Shown piece by piece: positions 37,498 through 51,041 of a stretch of DNA of 64,000 nt. Origin of the DNA: Octopus sinensis (lineage: Eukaryota); NCBI RefSeq assembly GCF_006345805.1, contig NC_043003.1, positions 7,440,001 to 7,504,000 on the forward strand, read 5' to 3'. The translations under genes were made by a program, and so were the position numbers. Each line of letters begins with the position of its first letter. Position 1 is the first letter of the stretch. The notes beneath the pieces were generated by a model. That model had not been told where the DNA came from and searched no databases. It worked only from the letters and a program-made list of their open reading frames with translations.

Positions 37498-40400
37498 TAC
37501 ATATGCTGGTGGCACGTAAAAAGCACCCACTACATTCTCCAAGTGGTTGGCGTTAGGAAGGGCATCCAGCTGTAGAAACTCTTCCAAATCATGATTGGAG
37601 CCTAGTGCAGTCATCTGGTTCGCCAGCCCTCAGTCAAAATCGTCCAACCCATGCTAGCATGGAAAGCGGACGTTAAATGATGATGATGATGAGTGTACAT
37701 TTATAGATATGTATGATTGTGAGTGAGAAGACCCGGCAACTAAAGTGAGATTGCAGCCAGAGCACGTCCAGTTCTATTAAGGATACTCATGATGCATTGG
37801 GCAATGTGATATGTTTGAGAAGACCTGTTGAGTCAAGTAAAACCAATATCGTAGCTGGGGCTGGTGCCCCTGACTGGCATGTAAAGAGCACCATCTGAAT
37901 GTGGTTGATACCACATCTGCCTGACTAGCTCCCATGCTGGTGACACATCAAAAAGTACCAACCAAACGTGGCTGATGCCAGTACCTCCAGACTGGCTCCT
38001 GTCCCGGTGGCATGTTACAAGCACCATCCGAATGTAATCATTGCCAGGCCCGCCTTATTGGTCCCTATACTGGTGGCACATAAAAAGCACCATCCAAACA
38101 TGATCATTGCCAGGCCCACCTTACTGGCTGGCTCCTGTGCCAGTGGCATGTAAAAAGCATCCATTACACTCTTGGAGTGGTTGGCGTTTGGAAGGGCATC
38201 CATCTGTAGAAACATTGCCTGGTCAGATTGGAGCCTGGTGCAGCCGCTGGCTCTCCAGACCTCAGTCAAACCGTCCAACCCATGCCAGCATGGAAAACAG
38301 ACGTTAATCAATGATGATGCATTGGTGTGCATGCAGGAGTGCATATGTGTCATCATCATCATCATCATCTTAAAAAGGGTTTTGATGTGAATTCTGTTAA
38401 AGGCACAATAAAGAAAGATGTGAAGTAGATGTTAGTTTACAGGGATGTTGAGGTGTATTTGGTGGTGGTGTTACAAGCATGTGGTGGATTTTAAAGGCTA
38501 GAAAAGTTGTAGGAGTAAAGAAAGTAGGTGGAAGTTGCGCTTAGCCACCCCTGTAGGGTGGAGCTGTTAAGCTGGGTTTGGTGAGATCTTCCAATTGAAT
38601 TTTAAGACCAATGTAGGAAAAGTTCTTGACATATGTACACACACACACCACCACACCACCACCACCACCACCATCATCGTCGTCGTCGTCGTCTAACGTC
38701 CGTTTTCCATGCTAGCATGGGTTGGACGGTTCGGCCGGGGTCTGGGAAGCCAGTCATTGCACCAGGCTCCAGTGTGATCTGGCAGTGTTTCTACAGCTGG
38801 ATGCCCTTCCTAATGCCAACCCCTCCGTGTGTGTAGTGGGTGCTTTATATATATATATGTAGTGAATCTTGCATGCATTAAGTGGATTCAATCCAAGGGA
38901 GGCTGGCAATGGCCACAATCAGTTGGTGCTTTTTACGTGCCAATATATTTGGAATTTACAAAAAAACGAAACAAAAGACGCAGACGGGTGTGTAAATAAC
39001 AAACAGATGTATTAGTTTAATGCTTGAGAAGTGAGAAAGTCCTTTACGTTTCGAGCCTATGCTCTTCAACAGAAAGGAACCCAGAAATAAGCAGAGAAAG
39101 TGAAAAAGGTTTAGTGGTGAGTGATCAATCATGGTAAATGCCAAACAATACATGCATACATGACAAGGTTCTTTTAGTTTCTATCAATTCCACTCACAAA
39201 ACCTTGTTTGGCCTGGGTCTATAGTAGAAAACATTTGCAATGGGCCTGCACCTGTATCCATTTGGTTAGGAAGCAAACATGCCTGCCCTTCTTCATTTAA
39301 AAATTTCATATCTTCAAAAGGTTAACATGCAGTTCCAAATACTCCATTTGATAGAAAATGATTCATTCCTTCAATTCTTGTCTAAATTTCTTTATATTGT
39401 TAAACTGTGAAAGTGTAGTTGCGAAACCTGTGCCGGTAGCACGTAAAATGCACCATCCGAACATGGCTGATGCCAATGCTGCCTTGACTGGCTTCTGTGC
39501 CGGTGGCACGTAAAAAGCACCAACCGATCGTGGCTGCTGCCAGCCTCCCCTGGCACCTGTACCGGTGGCACGTAAAAAGCACCCACTACACTCACGTAAT
39601 GGTTGGTGTTAGGAAGGGCATCCAGCTGTAGAAACTCTGCCAGATCAAGATTGGAGCCTGGTGCAGCCTTCTGGCTTCCCAGACCCCAGTTGAACCGTCC
39701 AACCCGTGCTAGCATGGAAAACGGATGTTAAACAATGATGATGATGTTAAAATATTCAGTTGTTATTCTCTTGACTGGGCGTACCTTTCTGTTAATGTGC
39801 ACCTGCGTAACGAAATAATTAGTCATAGCTTGCAACTTACCTTTAGGATATATGTGACTGTGAGTCATGGCTAAGGTAGTATATGCATATATATACATCA
39901 TCATCATGTATTTAATATCTGCATTGTATATGTATGTATGTATGTACACACACATGCATGTGTATGTATAAATATGTATATGTATATATGTGCATGCTCT
40001 CTTCTCTCACTCTTTCTTCTGTTGGCCTGCTTGCTTAGCCAGCAGGGTGGCGTCATTCGAAGGCTAAAACAATGTGAAGCGCATTGTGACCAGCGATGTG
40101 TAGCAACATCTGATAACCTGGTCGGTCACGGTGATCACGATGATATATATATATATATATATATATGAGTTTATATTTATAGATATGTATATAATTATAT
40201 GTATGCATAAGTGCATATGTGTTATCAACATCATCATCATTCAATGTCCCTCCATGCACACTATTTTTTTGTTCAATGCTCTGAATTCATTTACATGTCA
40301 TAGATTTCTTTTTTAATAGTTCAGGACAGCACCTCAAATTTCATGTTACAAAATAAAATGGCTAAAACAAGTAAAAGAATACTCTTTACTTGTTTCAGTC

Positions 40401-43162
40401 ATCTGACTGCGGCCATGCTGGAGCACTGCCTTTAGTTGAGCAAATCGACCCCAGGACTTATTCTTTGGAAGCCTAGTCCTTATTCTATCGGTCTCTTTTG
40501 CCAAACCGCTAAGTTACAGGGATGTAAACACACCAGCATTGGTTGTCAAATGATGTTGGGGGGGACAAACACAGACACACAAACATATACACACACATAC
40601 ATATATACATATATAATGACAGGCTTCTTTCAGTTTCCATCTACCAAATCCACTCACAAGGCTTTGGTCGGCCTGAGGCTATAGTAGAAGACACTTGCTC
40701 AAAGTGTCATGCAGTGAGACTGAACTCGGAACCATGTGGTTGGTAAGCAAGCTACTTATCACACAGCCATTTACTAAAGGTGGTGCTCCAGCATGGCCAC
40801 AGTCAGATGACTGAAACAAGTAAAAGAATAAAGGGTATATATATATATATATATATACCAATCCGAACATGGCTGATGCCAGCGCTGCCTTGACTGGCTT
40901 CTGTGCCGGTGGCATGTAAAAAGCACCAACCGATCGTGACTGCTGCCAGCCTCCCCTGGCACCTGTACCGGTGGCACGTAAAAAGCATCCACTACACTCA
41001 CGGAGTGGTTAGCGTCAGGAAGGGCATCCAGCCGTAGAAACACTGCCAGATCAGACTGGAGCCTGGTGCAGCCTCCTGGCTTCCCAGACCCCAGTCGAAC
41101 TGTCCAACCTGTGCCAGCATGGAAAACGGATGTTAAATGATGATGATGATGATGATGTTAAAATATTCAGTTGTTATTCTCTTACCACAATGATTTCCAT
41201 TATAGATTCTTATATGTTTTCCCATACACTACCCTCCAGCTGCACAAACACTTTTTATGTGGTACCAGCACAAGTGTTTTTTACACGACACCAGCATCAG
41301 TGCTTTTTATATGGCACCAGTACAGGTGCTTTTTATATGGCACCAGTACAGGTGCTTTTTATGTGGCACTAGAACAGATATTTTTTTATGTACATCTTCT
41401 ACTACTGGTCCAAGCCAACCAATGCTTTGTGAACGAGCCTGTTTGATGGAAACTGTGTGGTGGCTTGTAAAAGGCACCATTTGACCATTGGGCCTCACGG
41501 AGGCAGTGACAGGTGACCAAGACCTTTGGTGATATACCGTACTTGTGTTGACCTGTCGAGCCAAGTGAGACCGTAGTTATGGCTGATGCTGGTGTCAGAT
41601 CAATGGCACCTGTGCCAGTGGCATGTAAGAAGCACCAACTACACTCTCGGAGTGGTTGGTGTTAGGAAGGGCATCCATCCGTAGAAACCTTGCCAAATCA
41701 GATTGGAACCTGGTGCAGCCCACCCCCCTCTGGCTTACCAGTTTTCAGTTAAACTGTCCAACCCATGCCAGCATGGAAAGCAGACATTAAATAATGATGA
41801 TGATGATGATATATACCTTTCCTTCTTTGGACACTAAACTCTGCTTGTGAAGGCCTGTTGAGGCAAGTGAAATCAAATTCAATGATTAGCATCCGTGCTA
41901 GTGGAGCGCTAAGACCATCATCCAAGTGTCATCGTTGCCAGAGCAGCTAACTGGCTGCCATGCCAGTGGCACGTAAAAACACCATTTGAGCATGGCCATT
42001 ACCAGTACCGACTGACTGGCCCCTATGCCGGTGGCACGTAAAAGCACCCACTACACTCTTGGAGTGGTTGGCATTAGGAAGAGTATCCAGCTGTAGAAAC
42101 ACTGCCAGATGATGATTGGAGCCTGGTGCAGCCATCTGGTTCGCCAGTCCTCAGTCAAATCGTCCAAACCATGCTAGCATGGAAAGTGGATGTTAAAAGA
42201 TGATGATGATGATATGCAAAACTTGTTACCAGTCCAAAAATGTTTGAAACATATTTGCATGTGTAAGAAGGCCATTCATGGGTGTTTGTCATAGAGAAAT
42301 ATTCTTGTTGTTGACAGATAGGTGTAAATATACCATGGTCAGTCTGAAGTGCCCTCTATCCAGATTAATGGATGCCTGCATTTTGAGGTGGTTATCTTCT
42401 GATCAGCTTCAAATATTGGAAACAGAAGCAACTCTGAACTGACCAAGGAACTAAGTTTCTCTTCTGTGTGTGTGTGTGTGTGTGTTAGTCACCCACTACT
42501 GCTTGGCAACTGGTGTTGGTTTGTAACTTAGCAGTTCAACAAAAGAAATCAATAGAGTAGGCACCAGATTAAAGAATAAGTACTGGGGTTGATTCATTTG
42601 AATAAAACTCTTCAAGACGGTGCTCCAGCATGGCCACAGACCAGTGACTGAAACAGATAATTATTTCCTTATTGCCCACAAGGGGCTAAACATAGAGGGG
42701 ACAAACAAGGATAGACAAAGGGATTAAGTTGATTACATCGACCCCAGTGCATAACTGGTACTTATTTAATCGACCCTTAAAGAATGTAAAGCAAAGTCGA
42801 CCTTGGCGGAATTTGAACTCAGAACGTAACGGCAGACGAAATACCTATTTCTTTACTACCCACAAGGGGCTAAGCACAGAGGGGACAAACAAAGACAGAC
42901 ACACGGATTGAGTCAATTATATCAACCCCAGTGCGTAACTGGTACTTAATTTATCGGCCCCGAAAGGATGAAAAGCAAAGTCGACCTTGGCGGAATTTGA
43001 ACTCAGAACATAACAGCAGACGAAATACCGCTAAGCATTTTACCTGGCGTGCTAATGATTTTACCTGGCGTGCTAATGATTCTGCCAGCTCGCTGCCCTA
43101 AGAAACAGATAATTAAAAAAAATAATAAACGATGTAGATTAATGTTATGCAAATATGCAAAA

Positions 43163-43168
43163 TTTATT
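43163..43168 (-). terminator. Candidate polyadenylation signal (AATAAA) of copy A
   Basis: An AATAAA hexamer on the minus strand about 190 nt after the stop codon. Position only; no transcript data. Confidence 0.35.
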
Positions 43169-43356
43169 GTTAAGGGTTCTTAAGTGTTACATGTGTGCCA
43201 GATAATGCCAGGACATCTTTGGAAATGTCTTCATTTTGTTTCTTAACCATCAGACATGACAACCCGATCTTTAAGATATAAAATAAACTCTCTGGAATCT
43301 GGTTGATTAGAGGAATTAATCAGAATACATTTACTTCACAGGAATTCATTGATTCA

Positions 43357-43407
43357 TCATTTTCCGAGTTTTCCCAGTTCATTAATGTAAGCAGCAAATA
43401 GTTTAGT
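43357..43407 (-). CDS. CNDP2: CNDP2-like copy A, terminal exon 14 (TKLFAAYINELGKLGK-stop)
   Basis: ttttgcag acceptor, 16 codons plus TGA. Matches the family C-terminus GTK(M/L)(L/F)AAY..E. Confidence 0.9.
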   Translation of the reverse strand, partial: TKLFAAYINELGKLGK

Positions 43408-43432
43408 CTGCAAAAACACACAGAAAAAAAAA

Positions 43433-43466
<34 letters not shown>

Positions 43467-43543
43467 CACACATATATTTATATACACGCACACACGTATA
43501 TACATAGGCACACATGAAGACACATTATTTAATAACTACAATA

Positions 43544-44442
43544 CAGTAATGCCTCAATATTCGAGTTACTTCGTTCCTGGAGACCACTTGTAAAGCAAAA
43601 TCTCATAAAGCAGAACAATGATTTCCCATAGTAGCAATGTTATAAATTGTAATTTGTTCCCAGAAAAATATTTCACCTGTAAAATTTATAATACTCGTAA
43701 ATAAATGGCAATAAAACAATAATAGAATGTAAAGAATATTTTATGTAAAGTAAAATGGATGTCAAGATCATTTATAATAAAAAATATTATTATTATAATT
43801 GTTTTCTGAATCACTTTCACTCTCACAAGACTAGTGCACACACCATCACTTATAGATGTGATCGCCAATTCACAAGCACTCATAGACAGACTTGCAGATT
43901 TCTTTTTTAAAAAACAAGAAGTCTAGAGTTGTTTGTTTACAAAAAGCTTTTTTTCTATTCTCTATAAATTTCTCAGTAACACACAGAAGCATTTGTTACG
44001 GTAGTAGAAACTTTTGCACTTCATTCAAAATTTGGATCTTACTCTTTACTCTTTTACTTGTTTCAGTCATTTGACTGTGGCCATGCTGGAGCACTGCTTT
44101 AAGTCAAGCAAATCGACCCCAGAACTTATTCTTTGGAAGCCTAGTACTTATTCTATCGGTCTCTTTTTGCCGAACTGCGAAGTTACGAGGACGTATACAC
44201 ACCAGAATCGGTTGGGGGGACAAACACAGACACACAAACATATATACACACACACACACGCACATATATACGACGGGCTTCTTTCAGTTTCCGTCTATCA
44301 AATCCACTCACAAGGAACCATGTGGTTGGTAAGCAATCTACTTACCACACAGCCACTCCTACACCTATCTTGTGCTTGAAAAATAAAACTTGTGAACCTG
44401 GGGTCTTGTAAAGCGAGGCCCTTATAAAGTGAGGTATTACTG
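43544..44442. mobile_element. Tigger-like MITE with a nested SINE, in the last intron of copy A
   Basis: TA|CAGTAATGCCTCA ... TGAGGTATTACTG|TA inverted termini. Confidence 0.75.
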
Positions 44443-45158
44443 TATAAATTTATAAGAGCTACTAGTAGTTTCATGCGATGAAAACAACTCCAACAGCCTT
44501 ATTTTCTGTGTTTGTTTAAATAACATTGGAAAGAAACGAACATGGATTGTATTAGTGAGTGACTTTATGCCAATTGTAAAAATACAAAAACACACACAAA
44601 AATATACACAGATATGATTAACCTGTTAACATTTCAACTGGCCATACCTGGCCTGATTATTACCTCTGCCTTGGCAAAGGTGAAGGTATTGTTTTCAGTT
44701 GTGTTTGTTTGTTTGTTTGTCCGTGGACAAGATATCTCAAGAGCTGTTGGATGGATTTGGATGAAACTTTCAGGGATGTTTGGCCTTATGATTAGTATGA
44801 ACTGATTAGATTTTGGGATAGGAATCTGGTATAGGACAAGGATTCTGGAATATTTTCCTTGTGTTTTTACTTAATTTTTGAGAACGGTTAGGTTCACTTT
44901 TAATATTCTCGTTTGTGAGAGCAGTCGAGTTTATTTCAGATATTCTCATTTTTAAAATCATCTCTGGCTAATCATTGAGAGGACTTTGGTGTTGCTTTGG
45001 TGGAGGTTTTCACTCTCTGAGTGCCCTTGTTCTACCTGTTTTATGCTCAAACCAACCAGGTCTAGTTTCTCATACCTACCTTACAAGGTGATTCTAAAAA
45101 TAAGCAATCACTTCCTCAACATCTCAAAACTATGAAATAATGCATCATTAATTCAAAA

Positions 45159-45551
45159 TCTCTCTCTATATAAAGCTGAAGTGGTCTGTGTATGGCAGGT
45201 TTGGTAGCCTTCAACTGACACTATCTCTTCCGAGACCCTGCGGTGCAAGTTGATCAAAATTGAGAGTATAATAGATGAAGGCTTGCTCTTCCTTCCGTAG
45301 AAGAAAAAATTCAAATCGGACCATGTTAACACCAAAAATTATTTACACCAAAAAGGTGCTTTTTTTTCTATGAAAATCCCTATTTTTTACGATTTTTTTA
45401 CTGCTTTGTCACCATTTTTTGGTGTATTTCAACCAGAAAAATGTTCACTTAAAGAGAATAACAAGCTACATAATGCAAAATTTTCACTTTTCAAAAATTC
45501 CAATTCTAAAGGGTCGAAACAAACCCGAGCAATGCCAGGTGATACTGCTAG
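45159..45551 (+). mobile_element. Non-autonomous Helitron, different body but same 3' end
   Basis: A|TCTCTCTCTATATAAAG ... AAACCCGAGCAATGCCAGGTGATACTGCTAG|T. Confidence 0.7.
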
Positions 45552-45639
45552 TAATGAATAAATAAGGATTAGGTTTGCTGGAGAAATCTGAATGTTAGAG
45601 GGTTAAACAATTAAGTCAAGCAATTTGTAGAATTCTTAC

Positions 45640-45806
45640 CCCATCAATGAATTTACTGATGTCAAGTTTCTCATTCTGGGAATGTGGATCATCGTCACAA
45701 GCACCCATGGGTAGCAGTAGGACATTTGTGCTTGTTGCTTTCTCCATATAGAAGACCACTGGAACACTACCGCCTTCACGAGTCATGTCAGGTTCAACAC
45801 CATACA
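45640..45806 (-). CDS. CNDP2: CNDP2-like copy A, exon 13 (YGVEPDMTREGGSVPVVFYMEKATSTNVLLLPMGACDDDPHSQNEKLDISKFIDG)
   Basis: 167 nt, ctgccag acceptor, gtaaga donor. Contains the REGGS.P and HSQNEK motifs. Confidence 0.95.
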
Positions 45807-47071
45807 CTGGCAGAAAAACAAAACACACATTAGACTTGAGTCACAGAAAAATTCCCCGAGAGGATGAAAGGCAAAGTCGACCTTGGTGGAATGTGAACTC
45901 AGAACGTAACAATAGACGAAATACCTAATTCTTTACTGCCCACAAGGGGCTAAATATAGAGGGGACAAACAAGGACAGACAAACGGATTAAGACGATTAT
46001 ATCGAACCAAGTGCATAACTGGTACTTATTTAATCAACCCTGAAAGGATGAAAGGCAAAGTCGACCTTGGTGGAATTTGAACTCAGAACATATCAATAGA
46101 TGAAATACCACTAAACATTTCTTTCAACATGCTAACAATTCTGCCAGTTGGCCACCCTACTAAATAGACATACTCTTTTACTTGTTTCAGTCATTTGACT
46201 GTAGCCATGCTGGAGCACCGCCTTTAGTCAAGAAAATTGACCCCAGGATTTATTCTTTGTAAGCCTAGTACTTATTCTATCGGTCTCTTTTTGCCGAACT
46301 GCTAAGTTACAGGGACATAAACACATCAGCATCGGTTGTCAAGCGATGTTGGGAGGTAGGACAAACACAGATACACAAACATATACACACACACACATAT
46401 ATATATACATATATACGACGGGCTTCTTTCAGTTTCCGTCTACCATATCCACTCACAAGGCTTTGGTCGGCCCGAGGCTATAGCAGAAGGCACTTGCCCA
46501 AGGTGCTACACAGTGGGACTGAACCCGGAGCCATGTGGTTGGTAAGCAAGCTACTTACCACACAGCCACTCCTATGCCTATTGATATAAAATGTATTAAT
46601 AAATAATAATTTGTAATGTTAAAATTGATAAATCTACTTATAGAAAATTACACAATTGCTGAGTCATATAGAAATCCCATGACATTAATAAATCTGTCTT
46701 CACCTCCCAAATCTACTGATTCTATGATTTATATCAACACTTCTTAAACTTTTGTCATTCATGACCCTATTTTTCACCATGCAATTTTTTGCGATCCCAG
46801 GTATTAAATATGAAATAAAACACACAAATAAATACATAAATCATTTATTTTTTTGCTGAACAAGATACATATAAAAAAAATTAGTTATATTATTTGTCAA
46901 AATAAAAGTAGTTTTAGGATTTGTGCGTTTGTGGTATAAAATACAAACTGAAATTTAAGTGTTGAATTTAATTTTCACAACCCCAGCTTTTCGCTTTCCG
47001 GGCCCCATTTGGGGTTACAACCCATAGTTTAAGAAGCGCTGATCTATACAAATATTTATGCACCTGCTTAC

Positions 47072-47154
47072 CTTTTTTACAAGCCTTCTTAGCAGCAGTA
47101 TAATTCTCGTGTTTATAATCACTGATCCAAGCAGGACTGCCTGATGTGGTGACC
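47072..47154 (-). CDS. CNDP2: CNDP2-like copy A, exon 12 (VTTSGSPAWISDYKHENYTAAKKACKK-V)
   Basis: 83 nt, ttcacag acceptor, gtaagc donor. Phases fit both neighbours. Aligns to [21 protein letters not shown]. Confidence 0.88.
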
Positions 47155-47474
47155 CTGTGAAGTAAAAGACAGAACACCTTTCTTATAGATGGGGACTTGC
47201 AAAACTTAAAGGTCATTTTTTACTTTCCTTCTTTCAGGGATTTTACTTTTATGCTTTATCTTCCACTTGTGGCCATGCTGGAGCTTCAACTGGAATGAAA
47301 CTGATGCATTGGACAGGAATCAACTCCAGATCAACTGCTTGGAAAGAATTATTCAAGTACTGAGGTTACTGATTTGACTAACCTCTCCTAGCAAATTTAC
47401 TGGACTTGTGCCTAAAGCAGAAATAACGATTATTATTATTATATTATTATTATTATTATATTATTATTATTATT

Positions 47475-48025
47475 GAGAGAGCAGTGCATGCCATCAAAGT
47501 GACACTGGGGTAAAATATACGAAGCCCAGTACACCCATCATGACTACCCGTCTGATAAGGGTACACTAGGCACATGCATCACTACCATATGTGCGCGACA
47601 ATGTGATCTGATATCAAGATAAACAGCGCATGACCTTGCAGGTGGGGCCCAGCTAGAATTTTCTTCTGGTCGAGTAACCCATCTTGCTCAAAAGGTCCCT
47701 GAATAAGGGTTGTTTAAGGATGTTGAATGAAACACCCATGTTTCCAGAGGTGAATCATTAAAACCCCAAATAATCCCTTTCAACACCTGGCTATGATGCT
47801 CCCCAACTACTTCTGCTCGTGATCAGAGATGCACATATCATCAGCCACCAAGGGACATGCTCAACTGGTTAAGGTCAAACAACTGACAAGCAAATCTGTA
47901 GTATTGAGCTGAATATTTGCTGTATCCCATCTTTTATACGAAGACAAAACAATGTGCATGATAACACTTCCAATCAGTTAAGATCAGAAGCCATGAGAGC
48001 CACTGTCTAGTACTGCATCAGGGCA
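47475..48025. mobile_element. 550-bp insertion flanked on both sides by (ATT)n
   Basis: Sharp boundaries between (ATT)n runs at about 47429-47474 and 48026-48062; no ORF. Confidence 0.55.
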
Positions 48026-48062
<37 letters not shown>

Positions 48063-49209
48063 GTTCTTTTTGAGTGTTGTGCCTCACAGAGGCAATGACC
48101 GAGACCTTTGGCATTATGACGTGCTTGAGAAGAAGACCTATCAAACTGAGCAAAATCGCAGTCATGTCAAATATCGGTGTCACACAAAATGGCACTCGTG
48201 CCAGTGGCACATATAGGTATCTCGGTGTCAAGCAAATAGCACCCATGCTGGTGGCATGTAAAAGCACCCATTACATTCTTGTTTTGGCCCTTAACTTCTT
48301 ACAGTCTAAGAGGGATGGGCCCCCCCATAGGTGCCCTTCTACTGACACATTTTAGTCACCTGGGTATCAGTGACTTCTGCATTTAAACTGCATGGAAGTT
48401 TTATCTAGTTGTAACTCCTCTCTGCTGACTCGGCTTCCAAATTTATACATAACTAGTTTAACCCTTTTGATACCAATCCGGCTGAAACCGGCTCTGGCTC
48501 TGTAGTACAAATCTCTTGTTTTCATAAGTTTTGAATTAAAATCTTCCACCAAATCTTCATCACAATTTATGTTACTAACACTAGCTTAATGATAACTAAG
48601 TTATTTTACTAAATTCTTTGTTATATTTAAAATAATTGAAAGAAACACAGAGCATCTCAAAATAAATGCGGTAACGAAAGAGTTAAAAGCAGCATTCCAT
48701 GTAGACTTTTAGACTAGCTCCTGTGGAGGGTTAATTGGGTCTGTGACCCCCAAACTAAACAGTGTTAAATAGCATGACAATAATATGTCTATAATGACTT
48801 TATGCCCTGATGGTGTTTCATCAGAGATTAAGGACAGATGAGAATTCTGGAATGTAATCATTCTGTTGTTCCAATTCGAAGTTGAATTCCAGCTGTTGGC
48901 CAATTTGTCTGAAAGTTCTTTTCTCATCATAAAATTAATGAAGCAAACGTCGTTTATCTTCCACTTGATCTCAGGTGTGTACTGACAAATGTGAACCAAG
49001 ATCAGCCAAGCTTTACCTGCTAGAAATAGCAACCCAAATCAGATCCCAATGCTGGAGGCTCAAGAACCAAATAAAGGGCAGATTTTCAATCCCAGGATAA
49101 TCCTGATTCCAGAAAGGTATATGTCTATGTAGAACAAATATAGGCTGGGATACAGGGGTCCCAGCTGGATGGACAGGAGTCCCAGATGGATGGACAGGAG
49201 TCCCAGATG

Positions 49210-49419
49210 TTAGTTAGTTAATTTTTTGGCTCAAAAAGCAAAAAGCAAGGCCATGTAGGGTGACATGGAGTTATGTACAGGGAGGTGTTCATGTAAAGAG
49301 TTCAGGCCATTTGTGGTCAAGGGAGACTTTGAACCGAGCGGTCGTCGGCATCTTCACCATCTCGTCCGGCAGCTTATTCCACGGATCCGCAACCCAGACG
49401 AGATGAAATCGTCGCAGAT
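49210..49419 (-). mobile_element. CR1/L2-type LINE 3' end with (TAAC)n tail
   Basis: RRFHLVWVADPWNKLPDEMVKMPTTARFKVSLD on the minus strand. TTAGTTAGTTA on the plus strand at about 49210 is the tail. Confidence 0.75.
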
Positions 49420-49684
49420 AGATGGACGGACAGGAGTCCCAGATGGACGGACAGGGGTCCCAGATGGACGGACAGGGGTCCCAGATGGACGGACAGGGAT
49501 CCCAGATGGACGGATAGGGATCCCAGATGGACGGATAGGGATCCCAGATGAACGGACAGGGGTCCCAGATGGACGGACAGGGATGCCAGATGGACGGACA
49601 GGGATCCCAGATGGACGGACAGGGGTCCCAGATGGACAGACAGATGTCCCAGATGGACGGAGAAGGATCCCAGATGGACAGACA
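49420..49684. repeat. 21-bp minisatellite (AGATGGACGGACAGGGGTCCC), about 12.5 copies; about 3 more units at 49150-49209
   Basis: Directly visible tandem array. Confidence 0.95.
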
Positions 49685-50446
49685 GATTATCACTTTTATT
49701 AATATGGATGAAAAAAACGTTGGTTGTCATGGTAGCAGTGAAATGTCAACGCTGTCACAATAACCCACTCAGAATTACTTCTCTTAGAGTTAACATACAA
49801 AAATAGCCTTCAAATGGTTTGGAGGTTGTTTTGGTTCCTCCTCGACCAGACCCAGCTGGAGCATCTCTGATATTCGATCCAAGTAACTACTGCATTACTT
49901 AATGTTATAATCCCAGACATGAATGTTCCTAAATATTCCCTAAATAGTCTGCAAGATTTCTGTGTCTCATTAAGCAGAGATGACTCGTTAAATATGTTAC
50001 TCAACTTCAACTAATTCTTCACATCCAGTACTTAAATAATTAAGAAGTTGACCTAAATATAGTTTAAACCGTTTAGTATTTAAATCCGCTGTATTAGGAC
50101 CAAATACTCGACCTGTTTTCTGTTCAAACTGACCAGGTCCAACCTCTCACACCAACCCTACAACGCCATTCTTAAAAATTAACAGTCACACCATCAAATT
50201 TTTGATGGTAAAAGGTAATGCATGATTAACAAATAAATATAATAAATAATGAATAAAATAAATAAGTATTACATTTGATAATCTGAATGCTGACGGATTA
50301 AACTACAAAGTCTCTGATTAGATAACAATATCTTGTGCGCTTACTTCTGTAAAACCTCAAGTCCCTTCACAATGCTTACAGGTTAAAGACCTGCAGCATG
50401 AAAAGATAAAGAACAAGTTGTTGTGATGATATTCTTCTAATAATAA

Positions 50447-50847
50447 TCTTTATATATAAAAGTACGGTTGTGTGCTGTCTGTCTCCTATGATTTAGATTC
50501 CTAACTACTCCCACATTTTGCTGAGCAGTTTAACCAAAACCGGTTATCTTATAGTCGTGATTCATATCGAGCCCTTCTGGGTATTAGCATGTGTCTACGA
50601 TGAGTCTACTATTTTAAAAATAATTTACCATAATTTTTTTCCATTATGATGCATTTTCTTCGCTATTATATAAGGGAAGTAACTCTCTAAAAATGTCTAC
50701 GATGAGTCAACGATTTAAAAAAAAATTTACCATCATTTTTTTTCCATTTTTAATGCATTTTTTGCTATTTTTTGGCTATAACTCTCTAAAAATGCTTATA
50801 TAGTTATTTCCCTTACAAACCCGAGCAACGCCGGGCGATACTGCTAG
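50447..50847 (+). mobile_element. Non-autonomous Helitron
   Basis: A|TC...hairpin CCCGAGCAACGCCGGG...CTAG|T termini, no TSD. Confidence 0.82.
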
Positions 50848-50869
50848 TAATAACTAATAATAAACTTAC

Positions 50870-51041
50870 CGAAGTTTGTTGGGTGAGCCTCTCGTCTTGT
50901 GGCAATTCTCCAAATAAGATTTGGTCAATCGTTGCACTTCATCAGGATCTTGGTTTGGCACTATACGAATGGAGAACTTTCCGGTCACTTTTCTGGGAAT
51001 AACAGTCTTTGCACCTGGTTCACTGAAAGCCCCTTCAATAC
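50870..51041 (-). CDS. CNDP2: CNDP2-like copy A, exon 11 (GIEGAFSEPGAKTVIPRKVTGKFSIRIVPNQ...GSPNKL-R)
   Basis: 172 nt, ccttag acceptor, gtaagt donor. Contains the KTVIP and FSIR substrate-binding motifs. Confidence 0.95.

Noticed and set aside
49265-49763. Overlapping ORFs with heptad repeats (PDGRTGV, SIWDPCP, LGSLSVH, MDGQGSQ)
   Set aside because: All arise from the 21-bp minisatellite plus a CR1 tail. They lie inside an intron and have no splice or promoter support.
48709-50010. Minus-strand ORFs 48709-49032 and 49810-50010 as a nested gene
   Set aside because: No recognisable motif and no convincing splice pairs. Possibly old TE debris.
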